The position numbers and the translations under genes were made by a program. This document shows, piece after piece, positions 35,322 through 48,458 of a DNA stretch of 64,000 bases. The stretch lies in NCBI RefSeq assembly GCF_964355755.1, contig NC_092670.1, positions 3,896,201 through 3,960,200 of the forward strand. The letters run 5' to 3'. The stretch is from Antedon mediterranea (taxonomy: Eukaryota > Animalia > Echinodermata). The notes beneath the pieces are model-generated. The model was not told the origin of the DNA and did not search any database. It worked only from the letters and a program-made list of their open reading frames with translations. Within the stretch, counting starts at the first letter, position 1. The number at the start of each line of letters is the position of its first letter.

Positions 35322-35836
35322 ATGCTAACAATTTTCGTCCATCCGGAGTTAAGAAACATGCTAAAAAGGAAAATTGAAAATCTTAAATTGATCGGTGATA
35401 TCCAACCAAAGATAAAAGAAGTTACAGAAGAATTTAGTATACTCTTCGAAAAGTGGTCGAAATGTCGTTTAGAGGTTATTGAAGAGTTGAAGGTGTTTAT
35501 TGGTGGAGTCATAATGGTAAAAATTGGAATGAATATAGTTAAAGTTATTGGTTTCATTTCCGGTATACTTGGAGGTGTTTTGTCTATCGGTGCAGCTATT
35601 TTTGCCCCTGTAACTGGAGGAATTTCATTAACTGTTGTTGGATTAGGCCTATCGGTCTTCATAGCATCCGATGTAATTCTAATGTGAGCACAGTTTGCAG
35701 ACGGTTTTTTTTACTAGATTCCAGAGCAAACGGGTAGCAAATTTGCTAGAAAAAGACAGTAAGTTAACGGAAGAAATGACGACTGTTGTTGAATCAATGA
35801 TGACCACCAGCAAAGTCTTTATTGATACCGTCGATG
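35322..35836 (+). pseudogene. APOL pseudogene (premature TGA, frameshift, 3' truncation)
   Basis: DIQPKIKEVTEEF..FEKWSKCRLEVIEEL...FAPVTGGISL. TGA at 35685-35687 replaces a conserved Gly codon. Homology continues to ~35836. Upstream donor CAG|GTCAGT at 35173. Confidence 0.85.
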
Positions 35837-38290
35837 TAGGGCCTAATGATTGACAAATGTTAGTAGCAGAATACTAATAATTGCTTAATTGAATACAATA
35901 TTTTTGTTTCATTTTCCTATTCATTGTAGTATTTCGTCATCTCTAATCAAACCATGCAACTGGTTAAACTAATGGTCTATTAAAAATAGTTGAAATAAGA
36001 CCAACGTAGTTGATGATGCGGAATGGACTTAAATCATGAATTTTAATATTGTACCGTCCGCCTCGTTTTTTACACAGCGGAATAATGACAGCTTGATTTT
36101 TTGATTTTGGAAATTAACCAATGCAATCTAATGATTTGAAAAATGATTAAATAAAGTTTGCACTAGATTTGAAAACCAGTTGTACTTACTTTAATGTCTT
36201 GTGTGTGTACTTTACCAACTTAAACCATCCATAAGAAATACAAGGCTTACAGTGGCATAGCTTTCGCAAGACTTGAACCAGGACGCGTCTACACTATCAA
36301 AAGTTATTTTACAAACTTAATGGACATATCACTACCAAATGTTGGCACATCACACTTGTTGTCAAACTATTTTGATACTGTAGACAGAGCTTAAATTTCT
36401 ATACAATAGGCCTATAGTATCTGACGTACAATATGGAGTAATGTGGCCTATTCATTAATCGATTAGCAATTAGTGGTAACACATAATATTATTATGATTG
36501 GAATGAAAATCAAATCAACAATCTAGTTCAGATTCACGTAATAAGATACATAAATAGACATAATAATATTCAAATTTTTACAAATCTTTATCATTCTGAG
36601 AAAAAAATAGTGAAATGTCAATGAATCACAACTGCTGAATAGAATTGTTATTTTAGATTTGTTTTTAAAAATTTCTATCTCAATGATTTCGAAATATACT
36701 ATTGGCAAATAACGTCCACAGTAGACCTACGTGGAAACCCCCTTATAAAAATAGGCTATAATCAGAGAAGACCCTGCTATACTATAAGTGTATGCTTTAA
36801 GTGTTTACTTTTAGCAAACTAATCTAGTGGTGTTATCTTCTCGGAAAATGATTCACCTTCAGCGACCAATGACATTTACAATTGAAATATAAAAACTGAC
36901 CATAATATATGAGAATTTTCAGTTACCTCTCTGCTTGAATACAGTTAACTCTATTATGCTTATACACAATAAATTACTTTGGTTCCGTTTAAGTAATTTA
37001 ATGTGTATAACGTTTATGTGTAATTTTTTATAGTGTGTATAATGTTTTCATATATTTATTTGTTTCTTTAAATAGTGTACAAAAAACGAATTTCCGATAT
37101 GCTGTGAGAGCAGCGCATTATTATTATTATTTATTTAATGTACTCAGTGCACACATTAGAAATGCAATTAATTATAATATTATATCTAATAAAATCTCGC
37201 ATGATACAAAAAAAAAAAAACCAAAAAATTGTTCGCGTTGTACCAGCTGTGCAAATATTTCATTGGAAATTCCGACGAACTATAAAACAGTTTGTTGGAA
37301 AAACAATGTTAATAACATGATTTATTTTACATAGAACAGATATCAATTTCTTATCTCGATTACTGTATAATAGACTTGCACCATTGTTGTTTTATATCAC
37401 ATTGTATTTTTATTTATTTTGCACACACCCACTGTAAAGTCTTTATCAGCAAAACTTGACGATTCTTTGTATAACCAAATTTAAGTACAGAGAAACAAGA
37501 ACAAACACTTTAAAGAACAACATACATCATAGGCTGGTTTTTAAGATTAAAAAATTATATCCACTGATAGGGAGCATGTTGAATGATACATTTTGTTGCT
37601 TTAGGTATTAGCTTTACATGGTTCAAATCCTGCTAGGGTTTATCAGTTTTTATAAATAATTTATACTACAAACAAACTCCGTCATTGACCTTTATAAAAG
37701 CAATATTGACCAGGAGTCGAGGAGTGTCTTGAAGCTGTGCCGATTTGCGGCGCCCCTGCATTAACCCATATAGTAAGCTTAACCGCTCGACCAGTCCACT
37801 TATAATTTGGTCCATATATTATATTATAATATGTCCATGTTAAAAGAAGACAGAATGCGTGCTATTTAATATATCGTACGGAAGGTAAGCTTTTGTGGCA
37901 TAACCAATATATTTTTTTTTTGAAAGAATTTTTTTTTTCCTGAAAATCAATAGGCATGTTCTTTAAGTATAGGTCTACAGTATACCTATTTACAGAATGA
38001 AATAAGGAAGGACACATGCTGGTGGTACTAAAAAACTAATTATCAACTAACAATAGTTTAATTTGAATAACAATAAAACAGCAACGAGAAAAACAAACGG
38101 GTGGATATGAAAAGAAATAGGTACTCGTATCAAAACACCTGTACATTAGATAAAATTATGTTTAGAAAATTACAAATCACAAACTCTTGCCTCTTGTACA
38201 AAAATGATGTAGTTCTCGAGAAAATGCAATTTCAGTACACTTACTGCTCGCCGGGTTTTGAAAATTGTCTCCTATCTTTTATAACACTAG

Positions 38291-39157
38291 CCCGGCCGCG
38301 ATTTTTTTTTTCGTACATAAGTTGGGGACCCCTCATGAAACGTCACAAAATAAACATGAATAATTCATCAGTTAAATTTGTTGTTCCGTGTGCACCCAAG
38401 CGTATAGGCCTAGGATTCTAGGTCAATTCACGTGATTGCCTTCGCGCACCTCTTCTTCACACACACGTCCACTATGCAAAATGTGTCGAGGCTAATCGAC
38501 AGCTAGGCAAGACATTAAACTAAGTAGTAATTGGACATAGCCCAAAGAAAGCTTAGACCCACAAGAATAAAGAATGTGTATAATTTGTGTACTGTAATTT
38601 TTTAATTCTGCTATTTTATTATCAAACAATATGCATGTACTCAAAGGAACTTTAAAAATGCGCGTATATGAACACATGAGATGGGAAGATTAGACCCATG
38701 AGAATAAAAAATGTATTTTTGTGTAATGTTTATGTTTAATTTTGTTGACTTATTACTCGGACTGTGTCATACAGGTAACTAACACACACGTCACACACAC
38801 CAACACAGCTACTATAACTGGAATAGACATGGGTTTAGAGACTAGTAATTAGGCCTAATAGTATCAATAGAAACTATAATTTTAACACGTAATTCTTTAG
38901 TAATAAATTATATTAAAAACACCATAAACTAAAGGCTGATTATTTCGACAATCCACACAAAACGCCGCTATTCTCTATTATGAAATCGCACGCGGCAACC
39001 ACAGCGGAGATAGGCCTAGAATCGTACAGCTTGTTGCTATACGCTTGGGTGCACACGGAAGAAAATTTTTAACTGATGAATTATTCATGTTTATTTTGTG
39101 ACGTTTCATGAGGGGGGTCCCCAACTTAAGTACGAAAAAAAAAATCACAGCCCGGCC
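38291..39157. mobile_element. Foldback element with ~130-bp inverted arms
   Basis: cccctcatgaaacgtcacaaaataaacatgaataattcatcagttaaa is inverted at ~39068-39117. Confidence 0.7.
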
Positions 39158-40524
39158 TGAAAATAATATCATTTTTTGATTTGTGAAGTTATTAATAAAC
39201 CAATTTTCTTTATTTTCAATAGGCATGGTCTGAAAGTATATACCTATCTACACCAAAAAATTCAGAATGATAACTTGAAAACTGTAGGCGCTACCGTGCA
39301 AACAAACATACAAACATACATACATACAAAGCAAATACTATACTTGGCAAAGTAATAATGTGGAGACACTAGCATACACTTAATTTTTTCTTATAGCTAA
39401 TATTAGCTAAAATATCAATATATTTTCTGCAGTAACCTAAATATTTGATATGCAAAATATATACAATAATTTCTTTCTTCAAAATATCCACATAATTATT
39501 TTCTATTAAAACAATTGGTTTATCACAATTAAATAGCGGCGCTATACAATCTTTGGTTGGATTGAATCTTTCTAGATAAAGTTTATAAAGTGTGCAATGT
39601 CTTCTTCTTGTCTGCCGCGGTAATTTATCAATTTTTTTCTTCCTCATCATCTGTTTGCTTATTTCTCACGCATGCTCTGCAAGAAAAAAAAAATCCTCTT
39701 TAATTCAGAATTAACAAAGTATGCTATGTGTTCAAAAAGGCATTGAAGCATAAATGAAATTCAATATTTACACACATCAACAAAATAGTCTGTATTCCAG
39801 CTGAGTTCCTGGCCTTTGTTATTTAAACAATACAAAGTACAACATTGCATCAAAGCATAAAATATCTAATAATAAAATACTATAGTAATTAATTGCTTTG
39901 ATTGAAGTTCAATGTTCTGCATCACTGAATATGAGAGGTATGACGCGGGATAGCTCAATAGGATCTGGTCACACAGACACCAAAACAAGCAGGAAAACCA
40001 ACTTTTGCTTCTCAAAGCACACAAACACCAACATTTCAAGGTATTTACATCTTATTTATTAAATAATTGCTTAAAAATATTCTCTAGTCTTTAAAATAGG
40101 ATTTTTAACCATTTCACAACAAGTTCTACGAGAGACTACACCCAACAACAGAGATGACAAGATGTAGAGAGATTGGAAAAACCCATCAGGGTGTGTACAG
40201 GAATAAGATTTTTTGAATTTTTATTTTTGAAATGTCAATAAAATGTGGTCATGGCTATACATTAATTTCAATGCAATTATTATAATTTGTTCTATATTTA
40301 TCAATTGTTTCTATGCTGTAACTATAATTGAGAGTCTCTTTGGCATTTTAATTTGCTTTAAGGAAACAGTAGGGAGAAAAATTACAGGCTTATTTACTTT
40401 ACTCCATGGTACAGGTCGAGTAAGTTTCATTACTGTATATGTGATAAATATCGTTTCACCATAGAGAGGAGGTTTAAATAACTATTATGGTTGTTACTAT
40501 CTTGCAGGATATTTTTTTTTCAAA

Positions 40525-42642
40525 ATGGCAACAAGCAAATTAAATCAATTTTTTCAATATGTTGATGAGGACTTAGTATGCGCCATTTGCCAAGAAAGGT
40601 TTCAACATCCTAAAAGCCTTCAATGTCTACATAGCTTTTGCTTGTCATGTTTAGAGAACTGGGTAAAAACAAACCATGGCAAACTAACATGTCCAATTTG
40701 TTGCCAATCATATCCTATTCCAGATGGCGGGCTAAAGAAGCTTCCACCTAATACATTTCTAAATAACATGTTAGAAAACATTGAACAGTTTCAGAAGAAA
40801 GATAACATAAAATGTGTTTGTGGAACACCAGAACAGGCAACACATTACTGTAAAGAATGCAGGCATTACTTGTGTTTTGCATGTAGTAAGTATCACAAAA
40901 TGTTGGCAATGTTAGCAAGTCATACGCTACTTGCTGCAGAGGAAGTGCGATCAATGAGGCCACAACAATTTGCAGCATTAAACCCGCCGTTGTGTTCTTC
41001 TCACAACAAACCACTAGAGCTATACTGCACAAAATGTAAAGACCCAATATGCATACAATGTGCCATAATAACACATCCCTCAATAGATCACAAACCAATT
41101 GAAATTGTAAAAGCATTTGAGTCATTTAAAGGATCTGCACAACAACTGAAATCCGCAGCCCATCACTACAAAGCTAAACTGGAAAATGGACTCAAGGAGC
41201 TCATAAAGAATGCTGAAAAACTAAAAGAAAGTAAAGAAATAAGTATCAAAGATATTGGAAATCAAGTTCAAGAAACAATACAAATAATCCAGAAAAAAGG
41301 AGATAAAATGATAAAAAAAGTTGACACAATTTATGAAAATAAAAAGAAAATAAATGATGTTGACATGGAGAAATTAAGGTCAATCTCCTCTGAACTTAAC
41401 ACAAATGTGAGTTTCCTTAATCAGTCACTACAGAGTGAGCCAGTAACTGCTATGATGTCAAGTGAAATTGCATTGAATACACTGAAAGAGCAACTGAATA
41501 ATTCTAAAAACATCAAAGAAAATGACAATGGACAAATTAACTTTTTTGGAAACAAACACCAAATTGATTTGTTAAACCAACATGATATTGGGATTGTAAC
41601 TCAAATTAATGTAAAGGTACCGGAATATGTCATCCAAGGTGAAACAATTGTTGCAAAAATAAGACAAAAATATTCAGTTGGTCCTAATCAACTTACAGCA
41701 ACATGGACTCAACCAACAGGAGAAACCAACATTAATCTTGTTGAAGAAGATAACAATGAGTATGTTATAAGAGGAGTATGTAAGAAGCCAGGAATCTGTA
41801 CATTAAATGTGTATTTCAATGGAAAACCGATCAAACAATCACCATTTACTATCAAGATAGAGAAGAAAGGACTGGTAAACGATTTTAATGTTGATGGAAG
41901 TCCTAGAGGACTAGTAAAGTGTGCTGATGATTGCTTGCTGGTTTCATTTTGCAAAAATGAAATTCACAAATACAAACAATCAGGAGAACGCATAGGCAAG
42001 ATTACACTACCAAAAGGTGTGAACGTTTACAGAATGTACAATATGAAGAATAACAACATAGCATTCGGTAATTGGGGTAATGGCATTCAAGTATGTGATA
42101 TGAAAGGTCATGTGATCAAATCCATTGGTACGGGTGTACTGACATACCCACCTGGTATTCACATAGATGAGGCAACAGATGTTATTTATGTAACAGAATG
42201 GCACACTGAATGTGTGTTCATGTTTGACATCAATAGTGGTAAGAAATTGATGAAGATAGGATCACAAGAAGAAATAGAATATGGATACTTTGGTGTAACA
42301 CTTACACAAACTGGGAGAGTGCTTGTAGCAGATTGTGGAAATGATCAAATTGTATTATATGATCATGAAAACAAATCACTTAGAGTACTTATCAATAAAG
42401 GTGATGAAGATGGTATGTTGATGCGGCCACGTGGAGTTGTAGTTGATGAGGATGACAACATCATTGTATCAAGTAACCACAAACTACAACTATTCAGCAG
42501 TGATGGACATTTTATCAAAAGGATTGATCAGAAGGAAGATGGACTTAATAATCCAAGTCAGTTATGTATTATTTCATATCACCCACGTAGAATTGCTGTA
42601 GCTAATTACAATGGCTGCAACATTAAAGTATTCAATTATTAA
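40525..42642 (+). CDS. TRIM-NHL E3 ubiquitin ligase (RING, two B-boxes, coiled coil, filamin Ig, NHL propeller), 705 aa, single coding exon
   Basis: RING CAIC..CLHSFCLSC..CPIC; B-box1 YCKEC..LC..C..YH; B-box2 CSSH..LYCTKC..IC.QC..H; filamin LNVYFNGKPIKQSPF; NHL PRGVVVDEDDNIIV. Probable 5'UTR intron 40041-40507. Confidence 0.93.
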   Translation: MATSKLNQFFQYVDEDLVCAICQERFQHPKSLQCLHSFCLSCLENWVKTNHGKLTCPICCQSYPIPDGGLKKLPPNTFLNNMLENIEQFQKKDNIKCVCGTPEQATHYCKECRHYLCFACSKYHKMLAMLASHTLLAAEEVRSMRPQQFAALNPPLCSSHNKPLELYCTKCKDPICIQCAIITHPSIDHKPIEIVKAFESFKGSAQQLKSAAHHYKAKLENGLKELIKNAEKLKESKEISIKDIGNQVQETIQIIQKKGDKMIKKVDTIYENKKKINDVDMEKLRSISSELNTNVSFLNQSLQSEPVTAMMSSEIALNTLKEQLNNSKNIKENDNGQINFFGNKHQIDLLNQHDIGIVTQINVKVPEYVIQGETIVAKIRQKYSVGPNQLTATWTQPTGETNINLVEEDNNEYVIRGVCKKPGICTLNVYFNGKPIKQSPFTIKIEKKGLVNDFNVDGSPRGLVKCADDCLLVSFCKNEIHKYKQSGERIGKITLPKGVNVYRMYNMKNNNIAFGNWGNGIQVCDMKGHVIKSIGTGVLTYPPGIHIDEATDVIYVTEWHTECVFMFDINSGKKLMKIGSQEEIEYGYFGVTLTQTGRVLVADCGNDQIVLYDHENKSLRVLINKGDEDGMLMRPRGVVVDEDDNIIVSSNHKLQLFSSDGHFIKRIDQKEDGLNNPSQLCIISYHPRRIAVANYNGCNIKVFNY

Positions 42643-42966
42643 GTTTTTCTAATATTTTTTTTTTATCTTTTGTGGTAGCCACCACCTTTATTCATCATTC
42701 AATCTTTCATAAATATATTACAATTGTTGTATATACTCTCATTTCATATAATATATAATACATTTCCGTTTCCTCAGTAGTTTTACTTTTTTTTTTCTAT
42801 TCACAAATGTTATTCTCAACATCCTACTTAACATCTAATATTCAATTAACAATGTTTGTTTTTTCTTCTGATTAGAACAATCAGTTGTATTCATTTCGTA
42901 ACCTATTCTTATATAATTTCTACTAGTACTGATTTCTTCTTTGTATACATATTATCTATTCTAAGT

Positions 42967-43208
42967 GGAGTTGTGGCTTGGTGGTTATGATGCTTGGCTA
43001 CCACTCTAAGGGTCCTGGGTTCAAGTCCCGTCACATGTCAGGATTTTTGCTAAGGACCAAATTACTCCACTCCCAAAGACTTGTAATAATACTTTGTTTA
43101 TGTAGAGCATCTTGTGTATATGTTTGTCTTGTGAACCTCTGAGGGTCCCTAATGATCAACAATAGCTGGATGGATCACCCTCATTAAATATAGTTTAAAA
43201 AAAAAAAA
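42967..43208 (+). mobile_element. tRNA-derived SINE
   Basis: A box tggcttggtgg, B box ggttcaagtcc, unrelated body and A-rich tail. 3' parts recur at ~8116-8182 (minus) and ~45125-45180. Confidence 0.8.
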
Positions 43209-46200
43209 CCCCTTCCCATTCTCTTAGCATTTTTTTTTCATTTTTTTTTTAATATATACAATCATAGTATACTATTACCGTTGCATTTGTTTCGATCAAA
43301 CATATATTTAATTAACAATACATATTCTCTCTTTTAACTGTAAATTACTACTTACTAGCTATTTAAACTAACAAAATATTAACATTGCTTTTTTTTCTAA
43401 TATAAAAACTGCACATAAATATATTTGCTAAAATGTAAAAGGTTATTCATTGACTAAAAATATAATACTTAATATTAACAATTATAATATAATTATAATA
43501 ACAAAGTGAATTTAGCTAATTCAGTGATTAAATATAATAATTTCAATATAAAATTATATACTACTATAAATTATTTATTCATGAATTATTGTAAAACCTT
43601 TACGTAAAAAGGCACGTCAATAATTAAAATCATTAAAATACAATTATTTCTAATTATAATAGTCATTGTGATGGGTAGACTAAATGCAAGCGAAAATATT
43701 TTAGTCTCAACGATTATAAGCAATTAGTCTTAGTTAAGTCGAAGATGCTCTCCAGGTGGAATGCCATCCTGAGATGAGTAGTAGTAATTAGTCTTGTTTA
43801 TTTTATTTCATTTATATGTAATTTTTACTTTCTATGGACCAGAGATTCCGAAAAAAAAAGATTGAATGAATGATTGAATATCTCTATTACAGTCAAATAA
43901 TGCAGTAATTAAATGTCACTAAGGTATTTATGTAATTTGTGTCTGTATTATTTGGTTCAACAACAAAAATAATAATTTTCCAGTTTTCAATGCAGTAAAT
44001 TTAATTTTTAATGCCCAACATTTACTAAAATGAAATGCAAAGATAGTTAGATTAGATGTATAGTTACATTGTTATTGAATATTTCATGTAATGACTTTCT
44101 TTCTTTTCAAACGTACAAACTTAATTTCAGTTTCTAATATAATCTGTTAAAAACATGGGATATTTTAAACATAGATTTATGTGTAGCTGTAGTGTTTTTA
44201 TGTATATACAAGACTGTAAGTGGCAGATTTATGTATGCTGTTGTGTTTGGTGGAATAAATAAGCCAATACAATGCAGAATTTTGTTTGTGTATACATTAT
44301 AAGTTTAGATTGGCTTACTTAAAGAAGCTGAACACGAGTGGGTGTTTAAAAAGCAGAAATTCACACAATAATTGACTTTTTTCAAGTAACATCTGGTTTC
44401 ATAGGCCTACTACACTAATACTTTAATTCAACTAACCTGGTATTTTGAGCCATTTTTTTCATATGCGTCTTTAATTTAATTCATTCACATTTATTTAAAA
44501 AAATGATAAATGACCAAAGATAAAATATACTTGAAACTCTATATTTTTTCATGAAATCTTTTTTTTTTGTTGTTGTTGTTGTTGTTGTTTTTGTACTGTA
44601 ATTGATAACTTGTGTAATAGTATAAATAGTTTTGTAGTAAGTAACGGCCTTGTGAAAAACACCAATATGGTGATTCAAGTGTTGCATCCGTTTTTAAATA
44701 AAGTTATTATTATTATTATTATTTAGTCATCGTTTATAATTACAATTTCAGTATATAATTGATGGCAAGGATCCTGCATAAAGATGTTTATAATTCTGTT
44801 ATCTCAGGACCCTTTTACATAAAAACATAACATAAATAAATAGCCACATTTAGCAACTCATTCTCTTCAGCTAATGTATCCACAAGATCTATTTTCAATG
44901 CTTCATCCGATGAGTGTAACATGCCTAGAGTAAACAATTTTTAGTTTTTAGAAAATTTCCATAAAATGTATCATTCACAATTTAAAAGAAAACAATTCTA
45001 TTATATAATTTGGTGCAGGAAACACAGGCACATTAAGCTGTCTACACTACCATATTTGGGCACATCACATCTTTTTTGTCAAACTAGTTTGATAGTGCTA
45101 AGACAGAGCTTTGAAAACCAACTAAACAAATCAGCTTCGGCTGGATAGACCACCCTCGTAAAATATTGTTGAAATAAAAATAAAGTAAAACTTTGAAATA
45201 AAATGTTAAAAAGCAATGAATTCCATATTATATAGAGGGAGCATTTTTTATATCCAAGGAAGTCTTTAAAACGAGACACTAATTGCTTAGTGTTCCAGAA
45301 AGTAGGGTATTAATTTGAACTGTAACTGTTTATGAATGGCTATGTTTATCTATGAATATGACTATTTGTCGTATGAATATTAATGACTATTGTCTATATA
45401 ATTTATACATAATAAGAATAGGCAAATGAATTTATTCATTTGTGGAGTGGGTATTTGAGCAAAGCGAAAACTTCAACATTCCAGTCATTCAACAAGTGTT
45501 ATGTTCCTAAGACGAGTTCAATCGAACAACACTAACCTAACTGTAAAGAAATTTCCGTCTGTCTGTGTCCAATCATGGTCATTATATGCATACACCAGAA
45601 CGGTGCAACAATACCCTGCAAAATAAATGTATTCTATTTGTTATTTATAACATAGTTAGTAATTGCTTATAACAAATTCAAACACGGCCCCAGAAAATGA
45701 CACTTTTTCCGCAAAACAAAGATACGCACAAGATGTGTTTTACAAACAGCTCTTGTCATGATCTGGTCAACGCTACAGAACTCCACAATGGCACATTGTA
45801 ATCATATCATAGTGTGAATATAATGCAATGCAATAGAATAGTCCAATAGAAAATAAATGGTTTTATTAGTTTACCAATGTTTTGTTGAACCAGATTGGCA
45901 TGACATTGCAGTAAGTACTCTGCTGCTGGACTATGTCTCTGAAAGATTCAAATGATTAAAGCTGATAATGAAATGTATTGTAATTAAAGAAAGTACAAGA
46001 CAATGATGATGAAACATGGAAAGGATTCAATTTTAGAATTAACATTATCTCAACTACATATATACATTATGACTGCAATGGTAATAAAACATTATCCTAC
46101 CTAACTAACTGCAATCGCAACTATAATAAATGTTACTAGAAAGTGACATTTGTGTAATAATCGATACATCAAGAAAATCAAATTCACATTGTTATCACAC

Positions 46201-46486
46201 GGATAATTTTTCTCACAGCTACCGAAGTTCAACTTGATTGCAATGGGAATTATTCAAATAAACAATAAGGACAATTCAAGATAGTGTATATTATATCTAT
46301 TATAACAACAAATAGTAAAACAGTGCATGATAACATCAAGAATGGGCCATCAAAAAGTAAATCAACACATATCATGTTTGCATCAATGTTGAAATTGATT
46401 ATATTTTTATAAGAATCTGGTATGAAATAATATCTAATATCTACTAGCAAATGAATTATTTGTATATAAGTACCAACACTAAAATC

Positions 46487-48458
46487 GGGTGTCACTGTTA
46501 TGCGCGATTTGAACGATTTGCGCAATTTGAAATTGCGAAAAAAAATCCTTGCGCAATTTGAAATTGCGCAAAGAATTCTTGCGCAATTTAAAATTGCGCA
46601 AGGATTTTTTGCGCAATTTCAAATTGCGCAATCAACTTGCGCAATTTCAAATTGCGCAAGAAAATCTTTGCGCAATTTTAAATTGCACTGCACAATTTGT
46701 AAATTGCGCAAGATAGTTCTTGCGCAAAATGACACCTTTGCGCAATTTGAAAACGAACTGTCAATTTTCAAATTGCGCAACAAAATTCTACCAGACAATC
46801 GGTATTATAATAATTTATTGGAAACTAAATAACTCAAAATAAAACATAATAAATGCGAAGATAACATGTGTATAATAAATACATAACATTTATTATTACA
46901 ATTAAATAATATTATCACTGTAACTTGAAATAAATCAAAATAAATGTAAAAATTAAGTTTTTAATATTAGTTTAAGCTAGGCCATGTAACCTAGTCAGTA
47001 TCAGTAGTCCAGACCCTAGCTAGGCTAGAGTAGTATAGCCGGCCGCCCGCGCCACGCCCGCCTGGTGGAACACCACCGCTTCGTTTCCTTCGTCGGTTCT
47101 TCGACGGTATGCTAACTTATAACAATATTTGCACTACTAAAATAAGGAAATGCGATATTTATCTTTAATTTTGAATCATTCTTAGAAATTACTATAAAAA
47201 TATGGGTGTGCATGATTTCACAATCTGTCGAAAAACCTTGCGCAATTTGCAGATTACTTGCGCAATTTAATACGTTGCTTGCGCAATTTGAAACACATGT
47301 TTCAATTCAAATTGCGCAAGGATTTTTTTTGCGCAATTTCAAATTGCGCAAATCGTTCAAATCGCGCATAACATCACGAAACCTCAGACCACGAAAGCTC
47401 AGACCCCCTAAGACCTAAGATCACGAAAGCTAAGACCCAACACCTAAGATTACAAATACTAAGATATACTACAGCTTAAAAACAATACTTGTTTATCCAT
47501 ACATAATTTTAAACACAGTAGGTTTCATTTATTACCATAAATATAATTTAATACTACCGCAAAACATAGATAAACTCACATTATTTTCGCCCGTTGAGTA
47601 AATGTATATTTTTTCTTTACAACAAACAAACTTGACGGGTTGTTTGTTGGTATATATTTACTCCATTGTGTTGGTTCAGAGGATGTTTTTCTTACGCACC
47701 TGCCTTTCTTGTATTTTGACTCCAAATTTGTTGACTAACTTTATCCTGAACACCACACTTTAAAATTAGGACTTATAAGTACTTTCAGAAGGAGAAACAC
47801 ATAATAACAAATAAATAAATCCTTTAAATTGATGATTTTACAGATGTGTTTCTTTGTACTGTATACTATGACAATGTAACTCCTCGAGCTCCCCATGCTC
47901 AATGTTTTTGTTTCTATGGAGCGCCAAAAGAGCAACAATAATAGTACAAGTATAAAAACAGAAAGAAAACGAAACAAAAAAACTTATCATGATTTTTAAA
48001 TTAAAATTTATTTGCCAGTATTTATTTCTTCGTACTTGCATGATTATACTATTATCATTACAATTTTAATTTTACATTGTTCCATCCACACTGTAGATGG
48101 ACTCCACAGAGTTTTCAGCCCTCTATATAATTTTTGCTCTTTTGACGCTCCATAGAAACAAAAACATTGAACATGGCCCATGGGGTAGGCCTACTGTACT
48201 GTAGGCTAGTCATTTTGTGTGCGAGAAAAACGTCTGTAAAATCATCAATTTAAAAATGTATTTGTTACTTTTTATGTGACATTCTTTTTCATGAAAGTGC
48301 CAATTCTAAGGTGTGGTATTCAGAATAAATGTTGGGAGTTAAAATACAAGGCAGGTGCGAAAGATAAATATTTGTGATCTTAGGTGTTGGGTCTTAGCTT
48401 TCGTGATCTTAGGTCTTAGGGGGTCTGAGCTTTCGTGGTCTGAGCTTTCGTGACACCC
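46487..48458. mobile_element. Second copy of the 5216-6320 Mutator-like MITE with a nested insertion
   Basis: gggtgtcac[insert]gaaacctcag...cgtgacaccc. TSD cactaaaatc at 46477-46486 and 48459-48468. Absent from the paralogous site near 58645. Confidence 0.9.
46496..47373. mobile_element. TGT...ACA element (Ginger-like) with TTGCGCAA arrays and 4-bp TSD
   Basis: Ends are tgttatgcgcgatttgaacgatttgcgc / gcgcaaatcgttcaaatcgcgcataaca. TSD tcac at 46492-46495 and 47374-47377. Confidence 0.88.

Larger units (their letters stand above)
39543..45938 (-). pseudogene. ECI1: ECI1-like 3' gene fragment, unit 1: exons 45938-45875, 45615-45537, 44924-44437 (interrupted) and 39676-39543
   Basis: AG/GT-bounded minus-strand exons read RHSPAA..MSC..IWFNKTL | GIVAPFW...IGHRQTEISLQL | GMLHSSDEALKIDLVDTLAE..WLKIP | EHA*EISKQMMRK..DSIQ. 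This is collinear with the ECI1 C-terminal half as I recall it (GACPAGG..IGLNETQL GIIAPFW..IGHR..LQLG..EAL..VD..W.AIP DHAR..K.MMRK..KDSIQ). Stops and frameshifts are present. Confidence 0.8.

Noticed and set aside
42967-43040. Possible tRNA gene
   Set aside because: A/B boxes are present but there is no proper acceptor stem. It continues into a body and A tail whose fragments recur elsewhere, so it is a SINE.
45875-45938. Minus-strand exon read as an ankyrin repeat (RHSPAAEYLLQCHANLVQQNI)
   Set aside because: Allowing for frameshifts it reads GHSPA..LAMSC..IG.N.TL and joins in phase to GIVAPFW, so it belongs to the ECI1 fragment.
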